A stretch of DNA of 64,000 nucleotides from Candidatus Poribacteria bacterium (GCA_963665845.2 OY762492.1:3008001-3072000); one strand, 5' to 3'; shown: positions 1-10,157, counted from the first letter of the stretch. Numbers and translations are program-made. The notes: a model not told the origin generated them from the sequence alone.

Positions 1-614
1 CGGGCCCCGGTCTGAGCGAGCCGGCGTGGCATCATATTAAAGACCAGGGCGGGCATGACGGAGCCTGGCTCGCGTATCTCCGCGGCGAGTTTCCAGAGTA
101 TCCGGAGCGAATCCTTCAACACAACCTGAATCAAGTGTATGCGCGGCTCGCGTTCATGCAACGGGACGATGAAGACCCCGCGCATTACGGCGACAGCTAC
201 TTCCAGCGTAGAAATACCGTTACATGCGAGGGGCTTGTCCAGCTGACGATGGGCGCGCCGCTGCCGATCTACAACGGGGGGCTGCTGTTTGCGAACGCCG
301 TTCACCACGACGCGCAGCGCAAGCGCCCAGGGCTGCCGCCGGACGTCTCGGCGCTAGTTGAAGAGCTAGGACATGACAAAATGACGATACAGCTTGTAAA
401 CCTTAGCCCGTCGCAGTCGCGGGAGTCGTTGATACAGGCGGGCGCGTTTCGGGAACATCGCATCGCCTCGGCGCGCTGCGGAGAGGAAGAGATCAAGGTC
501 GGAGCCGCCTATCTGAAAGTCGAACTGCCGCCGGCGGCGCAGATACGGCTTGAAATGCAGATCGAGCGGTATGCGAACCAACCGTCTTACGGAACGCCAT
601 GGGAAAACGATTGA
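1..614 (+). CDS. Conserved hypothetical protein, C-terminal part (truncated by window start)
   Basis: Frame is open from the window edge (GPGLSEPAWHHIKDQGGHDGAWLAYLRGEFPEYPERIL...) into the listed ORF; stop at 614. Confidence 0.7.
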   Translation, partial: GPGLSEPAWHHIKDQGGHDGAWLAYLRGEFPEYPERILQHNLNQVYARLAFMQRDDEDPAHYGDSYFQRRNTVTCEGLVQLTMGAPLPIYNGGLLFANAVHHDAQRKRPGLPPDVSALVEELGHDKMTIQLVNLSPSQSRESLIQAGAFREHRIASARCGEEEIKVGAAYLKVELPPAAQIRLEMQIERYANQPSYGTPWEND

Positions 615-2776
615 CGCGACAGGCTTTAAAAACGCTGCGCGCCCCTTCGGTTCAGGCGCATGCGAGCTATGCGGTTTTGTGCGCCGTTTCGTTGGCGCTG
701 GGATTGGGTCTACAGCTGGACGCGCGCCTGCATTTTGAGTACCGCAGCGCGCATGGCGTCATCGGATGGGTGAGCGTCCACGAGTATGCGAAGTCGCAGG
801 AGACGCTGTATTATCTGCTCGCTGTCTTCGGCGTTCCGCTTTTCATTGCGCTGTGCCTGTTTGCTTGCGCGTTGTTTAGCCGATGGATGTCTCGGCAGAC
901 GGGGCAGTCAGAGGCGTGGACGTTTCAGCGGTGCGCGTTCGCGTTGACGCCGCTGCTGCTCGCCTGTTTCTTTTTTAAGACGGCGGTTGGGTTAGCCTTG
1001 CTGTCGTTTTTGACGGTTTATACCGCGGGCTATTTTCTTTCGTCTAAGCCGCCGCCTGAAGCGAAACACGCCGATTCCGCTTCCCAGCCAAAAAAGAGCG
1101 CGCCCAAAACGCCCGCATGGAAAACGGCGCGACTCCTTTTAATATATGTCCTGATCCCGGCGCTTCTTTATCTGCTGTACTATTCGGGGGGAATCAACGG
1201 CGGCATCGACATGTTCCATGAGGGCGAACGGCTCGCGCCGCTGAACGAAATGCTGCGCGGCGGCGTTCCGTATCGGGACATCTACATTCAGCATGGGCTG
1301 TTTGAAAACGCTTTTTTGGCGCGCGTCGGGGCGGCGCTGTTCGGAGAGACGCTTGCCGGCGTTCGGCTGATGCAGCGGCTGCTCGGGCCGGTCGGTTATA
1401 TCGCGCTCTACATTCTCGGCGTTCAGTTATACCGCGGCTCATGGGCGTCCGCGCTGATACTTGTCATGATCGCGTCGGGGCATCATACAGGCGTCACGGC
1501 GCGGCATACGTTTGGGCTGTTGTGCGCCGCCATGTCGGTCGCCGCGCTTCAACAGGACGGAGCGCGCCGTCTTTGGATGATCGGCGCGTCGGGTTTGTGC
1601 GCCGGCTTCGCGTTCTGGCACAGCGCCGAGATCGGAATGTATTCGATCTGCGCCGTCGGCCTGTTCTGGACAATTCGCCTATTCGCCAAAGCGGAGACGA
1701 GAGACGAGCGGCTGCGCCCTGTTCTGTTTTTCAGCGCGGGGGTCGCTGCTGGGCTAGCTCCCGCCGCGCTCTGGCTGCTGCGGCATGGCGCGCTGGACGA
1801 CGCCGTCCGCAACACGTACATACAGCTCGCTTACCAGTTGGACACGTGGGGTTTGCCGTTCCCGCCGCTTGAGCGGGCGCTTCAGCCGTTCAAACAGCAT
1901 GGGCTGCTGGGCGGATGGAATGAGTTTATCGGAAGCGAGCCGCTGCGTTGGTATCTGCCGCCTGCCGCGTTGATCGCCGCCGGCGCCGTTCTCGTTCGGC
2001 GCGCTGTTCAAGGCGGTTTTTGGAAACATGAGGCATGCGTTAAGGGTTTGCTGACGGCGCTCTGTTTAGCCGCTTTTTTCCGCACGGCGCTGGGCAGGTC
2101 GGACGGCGGGCATCTGGTCTTCGGGTCCACCTTCTTTTGGCCGCTGCTACTGCTTCCGCTGGACAGGTCCGCCGCGGGCGTCTGGGACGCGCTTCGGGCG
2201 AAACGGAAGCTGACCGCGAGGCAGTGGGCATGGGCGGCGCTGCCGATACTGATCGCCGCGCTGTACGCCGGGCGCGTTCATCGCCCCGTTGCGGCGTTTC
2301 AAAGCCGATGGAACGGCATGCTCCAAAACCAGTTCAACCTGCCGAGAGCGGAGGAGGAGCTGACACGCGCCGGCCCGATCGACCTGCCGGACGATCAGGT
2401 TCAGCAGATTCAAGCGGTGGCGACGTTCATACAGGAGAACACGGCTCCCGGCGAACGCATTTTCGATTTCTCCAGTCAAGGCGCGTACTACTTCTTCGCC
2501 GACCGCCCCGCCGCGACCCGCTACCATCAGATCTGCTACGCCTCGGCGCCGGAGCTGGAGCGGGAAGTCATCAACGCGCTTGAAAAAGACCGGACGCGGC
2601 TTGTTCTGTATAAAACGGGCGGCTGGTTCGACACGGTGGACGGCATCGACAGCGAGCTGCGCTACCCCCAAATCGCGCTTTATTTATGCGATAATTATGA
2701 AGAGTACATTAATATCGATGGCGCGCGGGTATGGATGCGCATTCATGGGGCGGATTCCGCTCAACCGCCCTATTGA
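599..2776 (+). CDS. Polytopic membrane protein, putative GT-C-fold glycosyltransferase-like
   Basis: 725 aa with many hydrophobic helices; motifs GxxPYRDIYIQHG and YYFFADRP; soluble C-terminal domain. Confidence 0.6.
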   Translation: MGKRLTRQALKTLRAPSVQAHASYAVLCAVSLALGLGLQLDARLHFEYRSAHGVIGWVSVHEYAKSQETLYYLLAVFGVPLFIALCLFACALFSRWMSRQTGQSEAWTFQRCAFALTPLLLACFFFKTAVGLALLSFLTVYTAGYFLSSKPPPEAKHADSASQPKKSAPKTPAWKTARLLLIYVLIPALLYLLYYSGGINGGIDMFHEGERLAPLNEMLRGGVPYRDIYIQHGLFENAFLARVGAALFGETLAGVRLMQRLLGPVGYIALYILGVQLYRGSWASALILVMIASGHHTGVTARHTFGLLCAAMSVAALQQDGARRLWMIGASGLCAGFAFWHSAEIGMYSICAVGLFWTIRLFAKAETRDERLRPVLFFSAGVAAGLAPAALWLLRHGALDDAVRNTYIQLAYQLDTWGLPFPPLERALQPFKQHGLLGGWNEFIGSEPLRWYLPPAALIAAGAVLVRRAVQGGFWKHEACVKGLLTALCLAAFFRTALGRSDGGHLVFGSTFFWPLLLLPLDRSAAGVWDALRAKRKLTARQWAWAALPILIAALYAGRVHRPVAAFQSRWNGMLQNQFNLPRAEEELTRAGPIDLPDDQVQQIQAVATFIQENTAPGERIFDFSSQGAYYFFADRPAATRYHQICYASAPELEREVINALEKDRTRLVLYKTGGWFDTVDGIDSELRYPQIALYLCDNYEEYINIDGARVWMRIHGADSAQPPY

Positions 2777-2801
2777 CATGCCCGCGGTATAATGTTACAA
2801 T
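2773..2801 (+). promoter_or_regulatory. sigma70-type promoter of the crystallin-flotillin operon
   Basis: TTGACA (2773-2778), 17 bp spacer, TGn-extended TACAAT (2796-2801). Confidence 0.8.
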
Positions 2802-2880
2802 CGCCTTAGCCTGCGCATAGAAGACGAAAGCGGCGCCAATGAAGCCGCTTCAGATTTGTTTATTGGTACGGAGAATCGAG

Positions 2881-4281
2881 ATGCCTGCAATCAATCCCCG
2901 CCTGATCCTTGAAGCGTATGAGCAGCCGAACTACGGCGGCGTCGCAGGCTATTTTGTCGACCCTGAACCGTCGCTCTGGCGCGTCGGCTTTCGCAACGGC
3001 TTCCGATCCGCCCGCGTCTACCGCGGACCTGGATACAAACGCGGACCGAACTACCGAATCGTTCTGTTCGACCGCTCCAACTACGAAGGGCGCAAACTGG
3101 TTCTCGCGCCCGGCTATTATCCCGACCTGCTGGACGTTGCGGTTCAGCACACGGGGCGGTTCCGCTCCTTCAACATCGCGCCGGATTACAACATCTCCGG
3201 TCCCGAATGGGGTACGGTGCCGGTCATCGTTCAGCTGTTCAACGACCCCGACTACAGGGGGCGGCATGCGACCGTTCTGCGCGATGTGCCGAACACGCAC
3301 AGCGAACTCGGCATGGCGGACACGATCAGCTCCGTCCGCGTCATCAAAGGCTCCGACTTTCCGCCGCAGGGCGCGAAGGTGCGCCTTTTCGAGCATCTGG
3401 ACTACGGCGGTCCGTTTCTTGAAATCGCCATGACAACCTACGACATGAAAAAGGAGATACCCGACCTGTCGATGCTTCCGATGGTCGGCGGGCAGTACGC
3501 CTCCACTTTCGGAAACGCGATCTCTTCGGTGCAGATCGAAGGATGGGCGTCGTCGGGAGAGTTTATGGAGATGGCGTACACCGACGAATTTGACCAAGCG
3601 GGAATGAACGAGGTTTGGCAATGGGTCGACCCGGCGGGCGGCGGAGAATGGCGCGAACGGCAAGGGTATCTTGAAATGCGCGCCGACCCCGGACAAGACC
3701 TGTGGCACGGCAACCCGCCCGGCAGCGGCGGCGATATGGACGCGCCGAGAATACTCATGGAGTACAGCGGCGACTTCGCCATCGAAACGCGGCTGCCGGT
3801 CACCCCGCAGCTGCGCGAACATGGCGGGCTGCTGGTCTGGAAAAGCCCAGGGCGTTTTTTGAGGCTTGAAAAAACATCCGGGGCGCATGCTTTCCGCGGC
3901 GCGGTGCGTTTTGAACGGCATGTGAACCGCGTCTTCCGCCTCGTCGGACGAGGACCGAACAACCTGATCCGAACGCGGCATCTCTACCTGCGGCTTGAAC
4001 GCCGGCGCAATCAGTTCACAGGCTTTGCCAGCCAAGACGGGCAGACCTGGGCAAACTGCGGCGTCACGAATGTCGGCATGGGCGATCCTGTTCAGATCGG
4101 ACTTCACGGACTCTGCCCCGGCAACATACCGCCGACCATCACCCGTTTCGACTACTTCCGCGTCTTCTCCAGAAAAGGCGAGGCGGTTCAGCTTCGGTTC
4201 CGACCGCAGGAGATCGAGCTGGACGAGCAGCAGGCAGACGCGCGGCGCATCGCCGCCCTGAGACGATTCATGGACGCATAA
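2881..4281 (+). CDS. Beta/gamma-crystallin domain protein with C-terminal concanavalin-A-like (DUF1349-like) domain
   Basis: Four Greek-key-like motifs (YEQPNYGG, FDRSNYEGR, FNDPDYRGR..ADTISSVRV, FEHLDYGG..GNAISSVQI); C-terminal lectin-like sandwich (DAPRIL..GDFAIET..LRLERRRNQFTGFASQDGQTW); RBS GGAG before ATG 2881; no signal peptide. Confidence 0.75.
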   Translation: MPAINPRLILEAYEQPNYGGVAGYFVDPEPSLWRVGFRNGFRSARVYRGPGYKRGPNYRIVLFDRSNYEGRKLVLAPGYYPDLLDVAVQHTGRFRSFNIAPDYNISGPEWGTVPVIVQLFNDPDYRGRHATVLRDVPNTHSELGMADTISSVRVIKGSDFPPQGAKVRLFEHLDYGGPFLEIAMTTYDMKKEIPDLSMLPMVGGQYASTFGNAISSVQIEGWASSGEFMEMAYTDEFDQAGMNEVWQWVDPAGGGEWRERQGYLEMRADPGQDLWHGNPPGSGGDMDAPRILMEYSGDFAIETRLPVTPQLREHGGLLVWKSPGRFLRLEKTSGAHAFRGAVRFERHVNRVFRLVGRGPNNLIRTRHLYLRLERRRNQFTGFASQDGQTWANCGVTNVGMGDPVQIGLHGLCPGNIPPTITRFDYFRVFSRKGEAVQLRFRPQEIELDEQQADARRIAALRRFMDA

Positions 4282-4287
4282 GAAAGG

Positions 4288-4455
4288 CAGACCTCATGCG
4301 TAAAGTTGGGACATTTGAGCGAATAATCGCTCTATTCATGGGAAAAAGCCGTCGCCTACCAGACCGTCATTCCCGCGCAAGCGGGAATCCAGAGTCTACC
4401 CCGAAACCGTTCGCGTTCACAACCAGAATTGTCTCAACTCTAAGGATGAGGTAAG
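4288..4455. mobile_element. 168-bp MITE-like element, copy 1
   Basis: Imperfect ~26-bp terminal inverted repeats (CAGACCTCATGCGTAAAGTTGGGACA / TGTCTCAACTCTAAGGATGAGGTAAG); flanking 8-bp direct repeat AAGAAAGG (4280-4287, 4456-4463); central ATTCCCGC-N4-GCGGGAAT palindrome. Confidence 0.85.
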
Positions 4456-4473
4456 AAGAAAGGCGCACGAACC

Positions 4474-6000
4474 ATGGCGGTCAATCCGCGCATCATTGTT
4501 GAGCTGTTTAGGGACAAGCACTTTCAGGGGACGAAGGCGACCGTCGTGGAGCCGATCGACGATCTGAAAGAGATCGGGATGGACGAAACGATTTCCTCCA
4601 TCAAGGTTTATCACGGACCGGGCGCCGCGGCGGCGCCGAATCAGCGCGTCGTTTTCTTTGAACAGACGCGGTATCAGGGGCGCAAGATCACGCTTCCGCC
4701 CGGTTTCTATCCGGATATTCATGCGATACCGTACAACTTCGGCGATGTTGTGTCCTCGCTCAACTTTTCCTCCTCCGCCCGGCTGACCGCGCCGAAATAC
4801 GGCTGGATGCCGCTCATCGTGGAGGTGTTTCAAGACCTGAACTACAAAGGGCGGCGCGCGACCATCATGCGCGACACCAGCTACATCGGCGAGATCGGCA
4901 TGAACGACCGCATCTCCTCCATGCGCGTCACGCGCGGACCGAACTTTCCGTTCACGGGATGCCGCGCCGTTTTCTTTCAGCATCCCGACTATGAGGGGCG
5001 CGAGCTGTCGATCGCCCTCGGACCGCGCGACTTCTCCGTCCAGATCTCCAACCTAGACGACTACAACCTACGGACGCGGGCGGGCGAAACGATACAGCAT
5101 ATCGACGCCGACCGCGGCATTGAGAATCTGACAAAAACAGGCTTCGACAACACGATCAGCTCCGTCAAAATACTGCCGACCGGCAACTTCAACGTCCTCG
5201 TCATCGAAGGCGATTCGCACACGCGCGAACCCGGCATTTTGGAGGATTTCCGCGAACATCAGGGCAACATCTTCCGCTTCGACCATGTCCGCATCAACCA
5301 GGACATAGAGAACAGCGGCTCGGCGGACGCGGTGGAGTTTGAATCGATTCTGCACCTGCTCGACAATTACGACATCATCTGGCTCACCTGGAACGCGCCT
5401 GGGCATAACGGCTCCTATTTTCTGGAGCCGTCTGGGGAACGCGCCATACAGGAGTGGGTCAAGGCGGGCGGAACGCTCTGGGCGTCCGCGATGGACGACA
5501 ACATTGAAACGGACGAAAAAGAGGGCAAGAAATGGAGAGGCGACTGGCTGCCCGTTTACCGGCACCCGGCGCGCGTTGTGAACTCGGAGGATGTGAAGGT
5601 CTGGATGACGCGGGAGGGGCGCAAGACGGGGCTTTTCACCTGGCCCGATAAAGTGGACCCGGAGCGCATTCAAACGGACGACCACTGGGTCACGACCGAC
5701 CCCTCGTACACGATTTTAGCCCGGCGCGACGACAACCAGGAGCCGATTGCCGCGCAGTTGCCTTGGGGGGACGGGCATTATATTCTGTTTGCCGTGGACA
5801 CCCGTTCGGATGAAGTTGCCGAGGCGGCGCGTCCGCTCATCGGCAACGCGCTCTGTTTTCTCGCCAGCTTGGCATGGGCGACCTCGCCGCGGCAGCCCCT
5901 GCGCGGTCGCGCGCGGTCGGCAGGGGGCATGTCCAGCGCCGGCGTCGTTGACCGGACAAGAAATCGACGGCCGCAACCGTATCGAAGGAGCGTCACATGA
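4474..6000 (+). CDS. Beta/gamma-crystallin domain protein with C-terminal class I glutamine amidotransferase-like (flavodoxin-fold) domain
   Basis: Four Greek-key motifs ending DETISS, GDVVSS, NDRISS and DNTISS; C-terminal LDNYDIIWL...AIQEWVKAGGTLW...WGDGHYIL; N-terminus paralogous to the 2881 gene. Confidence 0.75.
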   Translation: MAVNPRIIVELFRDKHFQGTKATVVEPIDDLKEIGMDETISSIKVYHGPGAAAAPNQRVVFFEQTRYQGRKITLPPGFYPDIHAIPYNFGDVVSSLNFSSSARLTAPKYGWMPLIVEVFQDLNYKGRRATIMRDTSYIGEIGMNDRISSMRVTRGPNFPFTGCRAVFFQHPDYEGRELSIALGPRDFSVQISNLDDYNLRTRAGETIQHIDADRGIENLTKTGFDNTISSVKILPTGNFNVLVIEGDSHTREPGILEDFREHQGNIFRFDHVRINQDIENSGSADAVEFESILHLLDNYDIIWLTWNAPGHNGSYFLEPSGERAIQEWVKAGGTLWASAMDDNIETDEKEGKKWRGDWLPVYRHPARVVNSEDVKVWMTREGRKTGLFTWPDKVDPERIQTDDHWVTTDPSYTILARRDDNQEPIAAQLPWGDGHYILFAVDTRSDEVAEAARPLIGNALCFLASLAWATSPRQPLRGRARSAGGMSSAGVVDRTRNRRPQPYRRSVT

Positions 6001-9000
6001 GAATTGGAATTACGATCGGCGTCGCAGTGATCGCAGTCTTCTTCGCCGCTATCGCGCCGGAAAGGCTCGGCATGGATAATATGATCACTGACAAAACGAT
6101 CTCTGGATTGCTCAAGTACGGCATGTTGATCGGCTTGCCGGTCGTCGCGGCTCTGGCGGCGATGTACCGTTATGAAAAGCCGCGCGCCGATCAAGCCCTG
6201 GTGCGGACGGGGGGGCGCAAGGAAAAGATATCCATCACAGGCGGCCTCTGGGTCAATAAAATTATCCATGAAATACGCCAGATTTTTCTGGACACGGTGC
6301 GGCTGGACATTGTCCGCGTCGGGCCGGACGCGCTCATCACCAGCGATTTTTTAAGGGCGGACATTGAGGCGGCGTTTTTTATACGGGTGGAACCTGACCC
6401 GGACCAGATACTGCGGGCGGCGCAGAGCCTCGGCGAACGCACCATGACCGCCGAGGAGCTGACGGAGCTGCTTGAACAAAAACTGGAAGGCGCCCTGCGC
6501 ACCGTCGCCGCCGAGAAGGAGCTGCAAGACCTGCTTCAAAAACGCAAAGACTTTGGGGAAGCGGTTCAAGAATCGGTGAAAACCGACCTTGAAGAGAACG
6601 GCTTGACCCTAGAGACCGTCTCGCTCATCCGAGTCGACCAGGCGCCGCTGGAATCGATGGACGAGAACAACCAGTTTGACGCGCAGGGGATTCTCAAGAT
6701 CACCGAGATAACGCAAGAGAACCGATATGAAGCGGAGAAGATACGCCTGGAGGTTGACGTTCAGATCACGGAGGCGGAGACCAGTACCCAGGAAGAGAAG
6801 CTGGAGCTGAACAAGCGGCTCGCGTGGGCGGAGGCGGAGCAGGCGAAGGAGATCGCGACCTACGCCGCCGAGAAAGAGGCGGACACGCTTGCCTTCCAGT
6901 ATGAGCAGGATCAGCGGATTCAAGAGACGGAGCAGATGACGAAACTCGCCATTGAGCGCGCCACGATTGAGCAGGAACAGGGCGTGCTGGAGCGCGAGAT
7001 CGAGAAGCTGCTGCATGTGGAGACGGCGCGGATACAGCAGGAGCAGTTCGTTCAAGAGGCGGAGATTGAAAAGAACCTCAACGTGGAGCTGGCGCAAGTT
7101 GACCAGTCGCAGAAGGTTCAGATCGCCGAAGTGGAGCGGATGCTGGCGGTTGAAATGGCGCGGGTCGCTCAAGAGCAGACGGTGGAAGAACGCGAAATTG
7201 AGCGGAATCTGGGCGTTGAAACGGCTGAAATCGCGCAGCAAGAGGCGGTTCAGGTGCGCGATGTGGAGCGCGTCATGGCGACCGAGACGGCGCGCATTGA
7301 TCAAGAACGTGTCGTCCAAACGCGCGATATTGAAAAGAACCTCATCATCGAAACGGCGCAAATCGACCAGACGCGGCAGGTTCAGGAGGCGGAAATCGAA
7401 CGAAGCTTGCGCGTGGAAACGGCAAGAATCGCCCAAGAGCAGATCGTTAAAGAACGCGATATTGAGCGCGAACTCGGCATCCAGATTGCCCAGATTGCGC
7501 AGCAGGAGGGTACGCAGGTTCGAGAAATTGAGCGTGTCTTGGCAACCGAGACGGCGCGCATCGATCAGGAGCGGGTCGTCCAAACGCGCGACATCGAAAA
7601 GAACCTGATCATTGAGACTGCGCAGATCGATCAGACGCGCCAAGTCCAAGAGGCGGAAATCGAACGAAGCTTGCGCGTTGAAACGGCAAGAATCGCCCAA
7701 GAGCAGATCGTTAAAGAACGCGATATTGAGCGCGAACTCGGCATTCAAATCGCCCAGATCGCGCAACAGGAAGGAACGCAGGTCAGAGAAATTGAGCGGG
7801 TCTTGGCAACCGAAACGGCGCGCATTGACCAAGAGCGTGTCGTCCAAACGCGCGACATCGAAAAGAACCTGATCATCGAAACGGCGCAAATCGACCAAAC
7901 GCGGCAGGTGCAAGAGGCGGAAATCGAACGAACCTTGCGCGTCGAGACGGCGCGCATCGCCCAAGAGCAGATCGTTAAAGAACGCGATATTGAGCGCGAA
8001 CTCGGCATTCAAATCGCGCAGATCGCGCAGCAGGAAGGAACGCAGGTCAGAGAAATTGAGCGGGTCCTGGCGACTGAAACGGCGCGCATCGATCAGGAGC
8101 GGGTCGTCCAAACGCGCGACATCGAAAAGAACCTCATCATCGAAACGGCGCAAATCGACCAAACGCGGCAGGTGCAAGAGGCGGAAATCGAACGAACCTT
8201 GCGCGTGGAAACGGCAAGAATCGCCCAAGAGCAGATCGTTAAAGAGCGCGATATTGAGCGCGAACTCGGCATCCAGATCGCGCAAATCGCGCAGCAGGAA
8301 GGAACGCAGGTCAGAGAAATTGAGCGGGTCTTGGCAACCGAAACGGCGCGCATCGATCAGGAGCGGGTCGTCCAAACGCGCGATATTGAAAAGAACCTGA
8401 TCATTGAGACGGCGCAAATCGACCAAACGCGCCAAGTCCAAGAGGCGGAAATCGAACGAACCTTGCGCGTCGAGACGGCGCGCATCGCCCAAGAGCAGAT
8501 CGTTAAAGAACGCGATATTGAGCGCGAACTCGGCATCCAGATCGCCCAGATCGCGCAACAGGAAGGAACGCAGGTTAGAGAGGTTGAGCGGGTCCTGGCA
8601 ACCGAGACGGCGCGCATCGATCAGGAGCGGGTCGTCCAAACGCGCGACATCGAAAAGAACCTGATCATAGAGACGGCGCAAATCGACCAGACGCGGCAGG
8701 TTCAAGAGGCGGAAATCGAACGAACCTTGCGCGTTGAAACGGCAAGAATCGCCCAAGAGCAGGTCGTTAAAGAGCGCGATATTGAACGCGAACTCGGCAT
8801 CCAGATCGCGCAAATCGCGCAGCAGGAAGGAACGCAGGTTAGAGAAATTGAGCGTGTCTTGGCAACCGAAACGGCGCGCATCGATCAGGAGCGGGTCGTC
8901 CAAACGCGCGACATCGAAAAGAACCTGATTATCGAAACGGCGCAAATCGATCAGACGCGCCAAGTTCAAGAGGCGGAGATCGAACGAACCTTGCGCGTTG

Positions 9001-10151
9001 AAACGGCAAGAATCGCCCAAGAGCAGATCGTTAAAGAACGCGATATTGAGCGCGAACTCGGCATCCAGATCGCGCAGATCGCGCAACAGGAAGGAACGCA
9101 GGTCAGAGAAATTGAGCGGGTCTTGGCAACCGAAACGGCGCGCATCGATCAAGAGCGGGTCGTCCAAACGCGCGACATCGAAAAGAACCTCATCATCGAG
9201 ACGGCGCAGATTGATCAAACGCGCCAAGTCCAAGAGGCGGAAATCGAACGAACCTTGCGCGTTGAAACGGCAAGAATCGCCCAAGAGCAGATCGTTAAAG
9301 AACGCGATATTGAGCGCGAACTCGGCATTCAGATTGCCCAGATCGCGCAGCAGGAAGGAACGCAGGTTCGAGAAATTGAGCGCGTCTTGGCAACCGAAAC
9401 GGCGCGCATCGATCAAGAGCGGGTCGTCCAAACGCGCGACATCGAAAAGAACCTCATCATCGAGACAGCGCAGATCGACCAGACAAGGCAGGTGCAGGAG
9501 GCGGAGATCCAGCGCACCTTAGTGGTGGATACGGCGCGGATCAATCAGGAGATGATGGTCGCCTTGGTCGGCGAAGACAAAAACATCTCGATCTTCAACC
9601 GTCAGCGCGACACCGAATTGTCTGAACGGGACAAGCTGGAAGCCGAGGCCGAAAAGGCTGAAGCGATGGTGAACGTGTCGGCGGTGGAACGCACGCGCGA
9701 AGCGGAATGGCAGCGCGAAGTGGCGATCATCAACGCCGAGAGTCAGGCGCAGCCGATAGAGCGGCTTGCCGAAGCGATACTCGCCGAGGCGCAGGCAAAG
9801 GCGGAAGGCGAAATGGCGCACCTGCAAGCGCGCAACACCGCCGAACAGCGCGTCCTCGTACAAGAAGCGGTTATGGAGCTGATCGACCGCTCCCCCGACA
9901 TCGTTGAGCAGATGGTGAAGCCCGCCGAGCAGATCGACAGCATCAAAATACTGGACATGGGGCAAGGCGACGGACCCGCCAACCGAAACAACATGGGCAA
10001 ACTTGCCAACACGATACTGGACACGGGCGTTCTGTCGCCGATTTTGAAGGAGCTGTTCAACTTCGCCGATGTGGACGCGGAGCAGATTGCGGACAAGCTG
10101 ACCGAGTATCTGGGCGCGCTCATTCGTCCGCAGGCGCCCGACAACGACTAG
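5997..10151 (+). CDS. Giant flotillin / SPFH (band 7) family protein with tandem-repeat coiled-coil stalk
   Basis: N-terminal TM helices; SPFH core (ALVRTG..LITSDFLRADIEAAFFIRV..LEGALRTVAA..ENGLTLETVSL..NNQFDAQG); flotillin C-terminus (KPAEQIDSIKILDMG); ATGA overlap with the upstream gene. Confidence 0.9.
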   Translation: MRIGITIGVAVIAVFFAAIAPERLGMDNMITDKTISGLLKYGMLIGLPVVAALAAMYRYEKPRADQALVRTGGRKEKISITGGLWVNKIIHEIRQIFLDTVRLDIVRVGPDALITSDFLRADIEAAFFIRVEPDPDQILRAAQSLGERTMTAEELTELLEQKLEGALRTVAAEKELQDLLQKRKDFGEAVQESVKTDLEENGLTLETVSLIRVDQAPLESMDENNQFDAQGILKITEITQENRYEAEKIRLEVDVQITEAETSTQEEKLELNKRLAWAEAEQAKEIATYAAEKEADTLAFQYEQDQRIQETEQMTKLAIERATIEQEQGVLEREIEKLLHVETARIQQEQFVQEAEIEKNLNVELAQVDQSQKVQIAEVERMLAVEMARVAQEQTVEEREIERNLGVETAEIAQQEAVQVRDVERVMATETARIDQERVVQTRDIEKNLIIETAQIDQTRQVQEAEIERSLRVETARIAQEQIVKERDIERELGIQIAQIAQQEGTQVREIERVLATETARIDQERVVQTRDIEKNLIIETAQIDQTRQVQEAEIERSLRVETARIAQEQIVKERDIERELGIQIAQIAQQEGTQVREIERVLATETARIDQERVVQTRDIEKNLIIETAQIDQTRQVQEAEIERTLRVETARIAQEQIVKERDIERELGIQIAQIAQQEGTQVREIERVLATETARIDQERVVQTRDIEKNLIIETAQIDQTRQVQEAEIERTLRVETARIAQEQIVKERDIERELGIQIAQIAQQEGTQVREIERVLATETARIDQERVVQTRDIEKNLIIETAQIDQTRQVQEAEIERTLRVETARIAQEQIVKERDIERELGIQIAQIAQQEGTQVREVERVLATETARIDQERVVQTRDIEKNLIIETAQIDQTRQVQEAEIERTLRVETARIAQEQVVKERDIERELGIQIAQIAQQEGTQVREIERVLATETARIDQERVVQTRDIEKNLIIETAQIDQTRQVQEAEIERTLRVETARIAQEQIVKERDIERELGIQIAQIAQQEGTQVREIERVLATETARIDQERVVQTRDIEKNLIIETAQIDQTRQVQEAEIERTLRVETARIAQEQIVKERDIERELGIQIAQIAQQEGTQVREIERVLATETARIDQERVVQTRDIEKNLIIETAQIDQTRQVQEAEIQRTLVVDTARINQEMMVALVGEDKNISIFNRQRDTELSERDKLEAEAEKAEAMVNVSAVERTREAEWQREVAIINAESQAQPIERLAEAILAEAQAKAEGEMAHLQARNTAEQRVLVQEAVMELIDRSPDIVEQMVKPAEQIDSIKILDMGQGDGPANRNNMGKLANTILDTGVLSPILKELFNFADVDAEQIADKLTEYLGALIRPQAPDND
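7020..9530 (+). repeat. Intragenic tandem repeat, 264-bp (88-aa) unit, about 9.5 copies
   Basis: ETARIDQERVVQTRDIEKNLII starts at 7284, 7548, 7812, 8076, 8340, 8604, 8868, 9132 and 9396; a diverged unit lies at 7020-7283. Confidence 0.95.
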
Positions 10152-10157
10152 CGGCGC

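Noticed and set aside
6609-9431. 940-aa antisense ORF
   Set aside because: Shadow of the flotillin repeat: one stop-free unit is simply repeated, and amino-acid conservation is on the + strand frame
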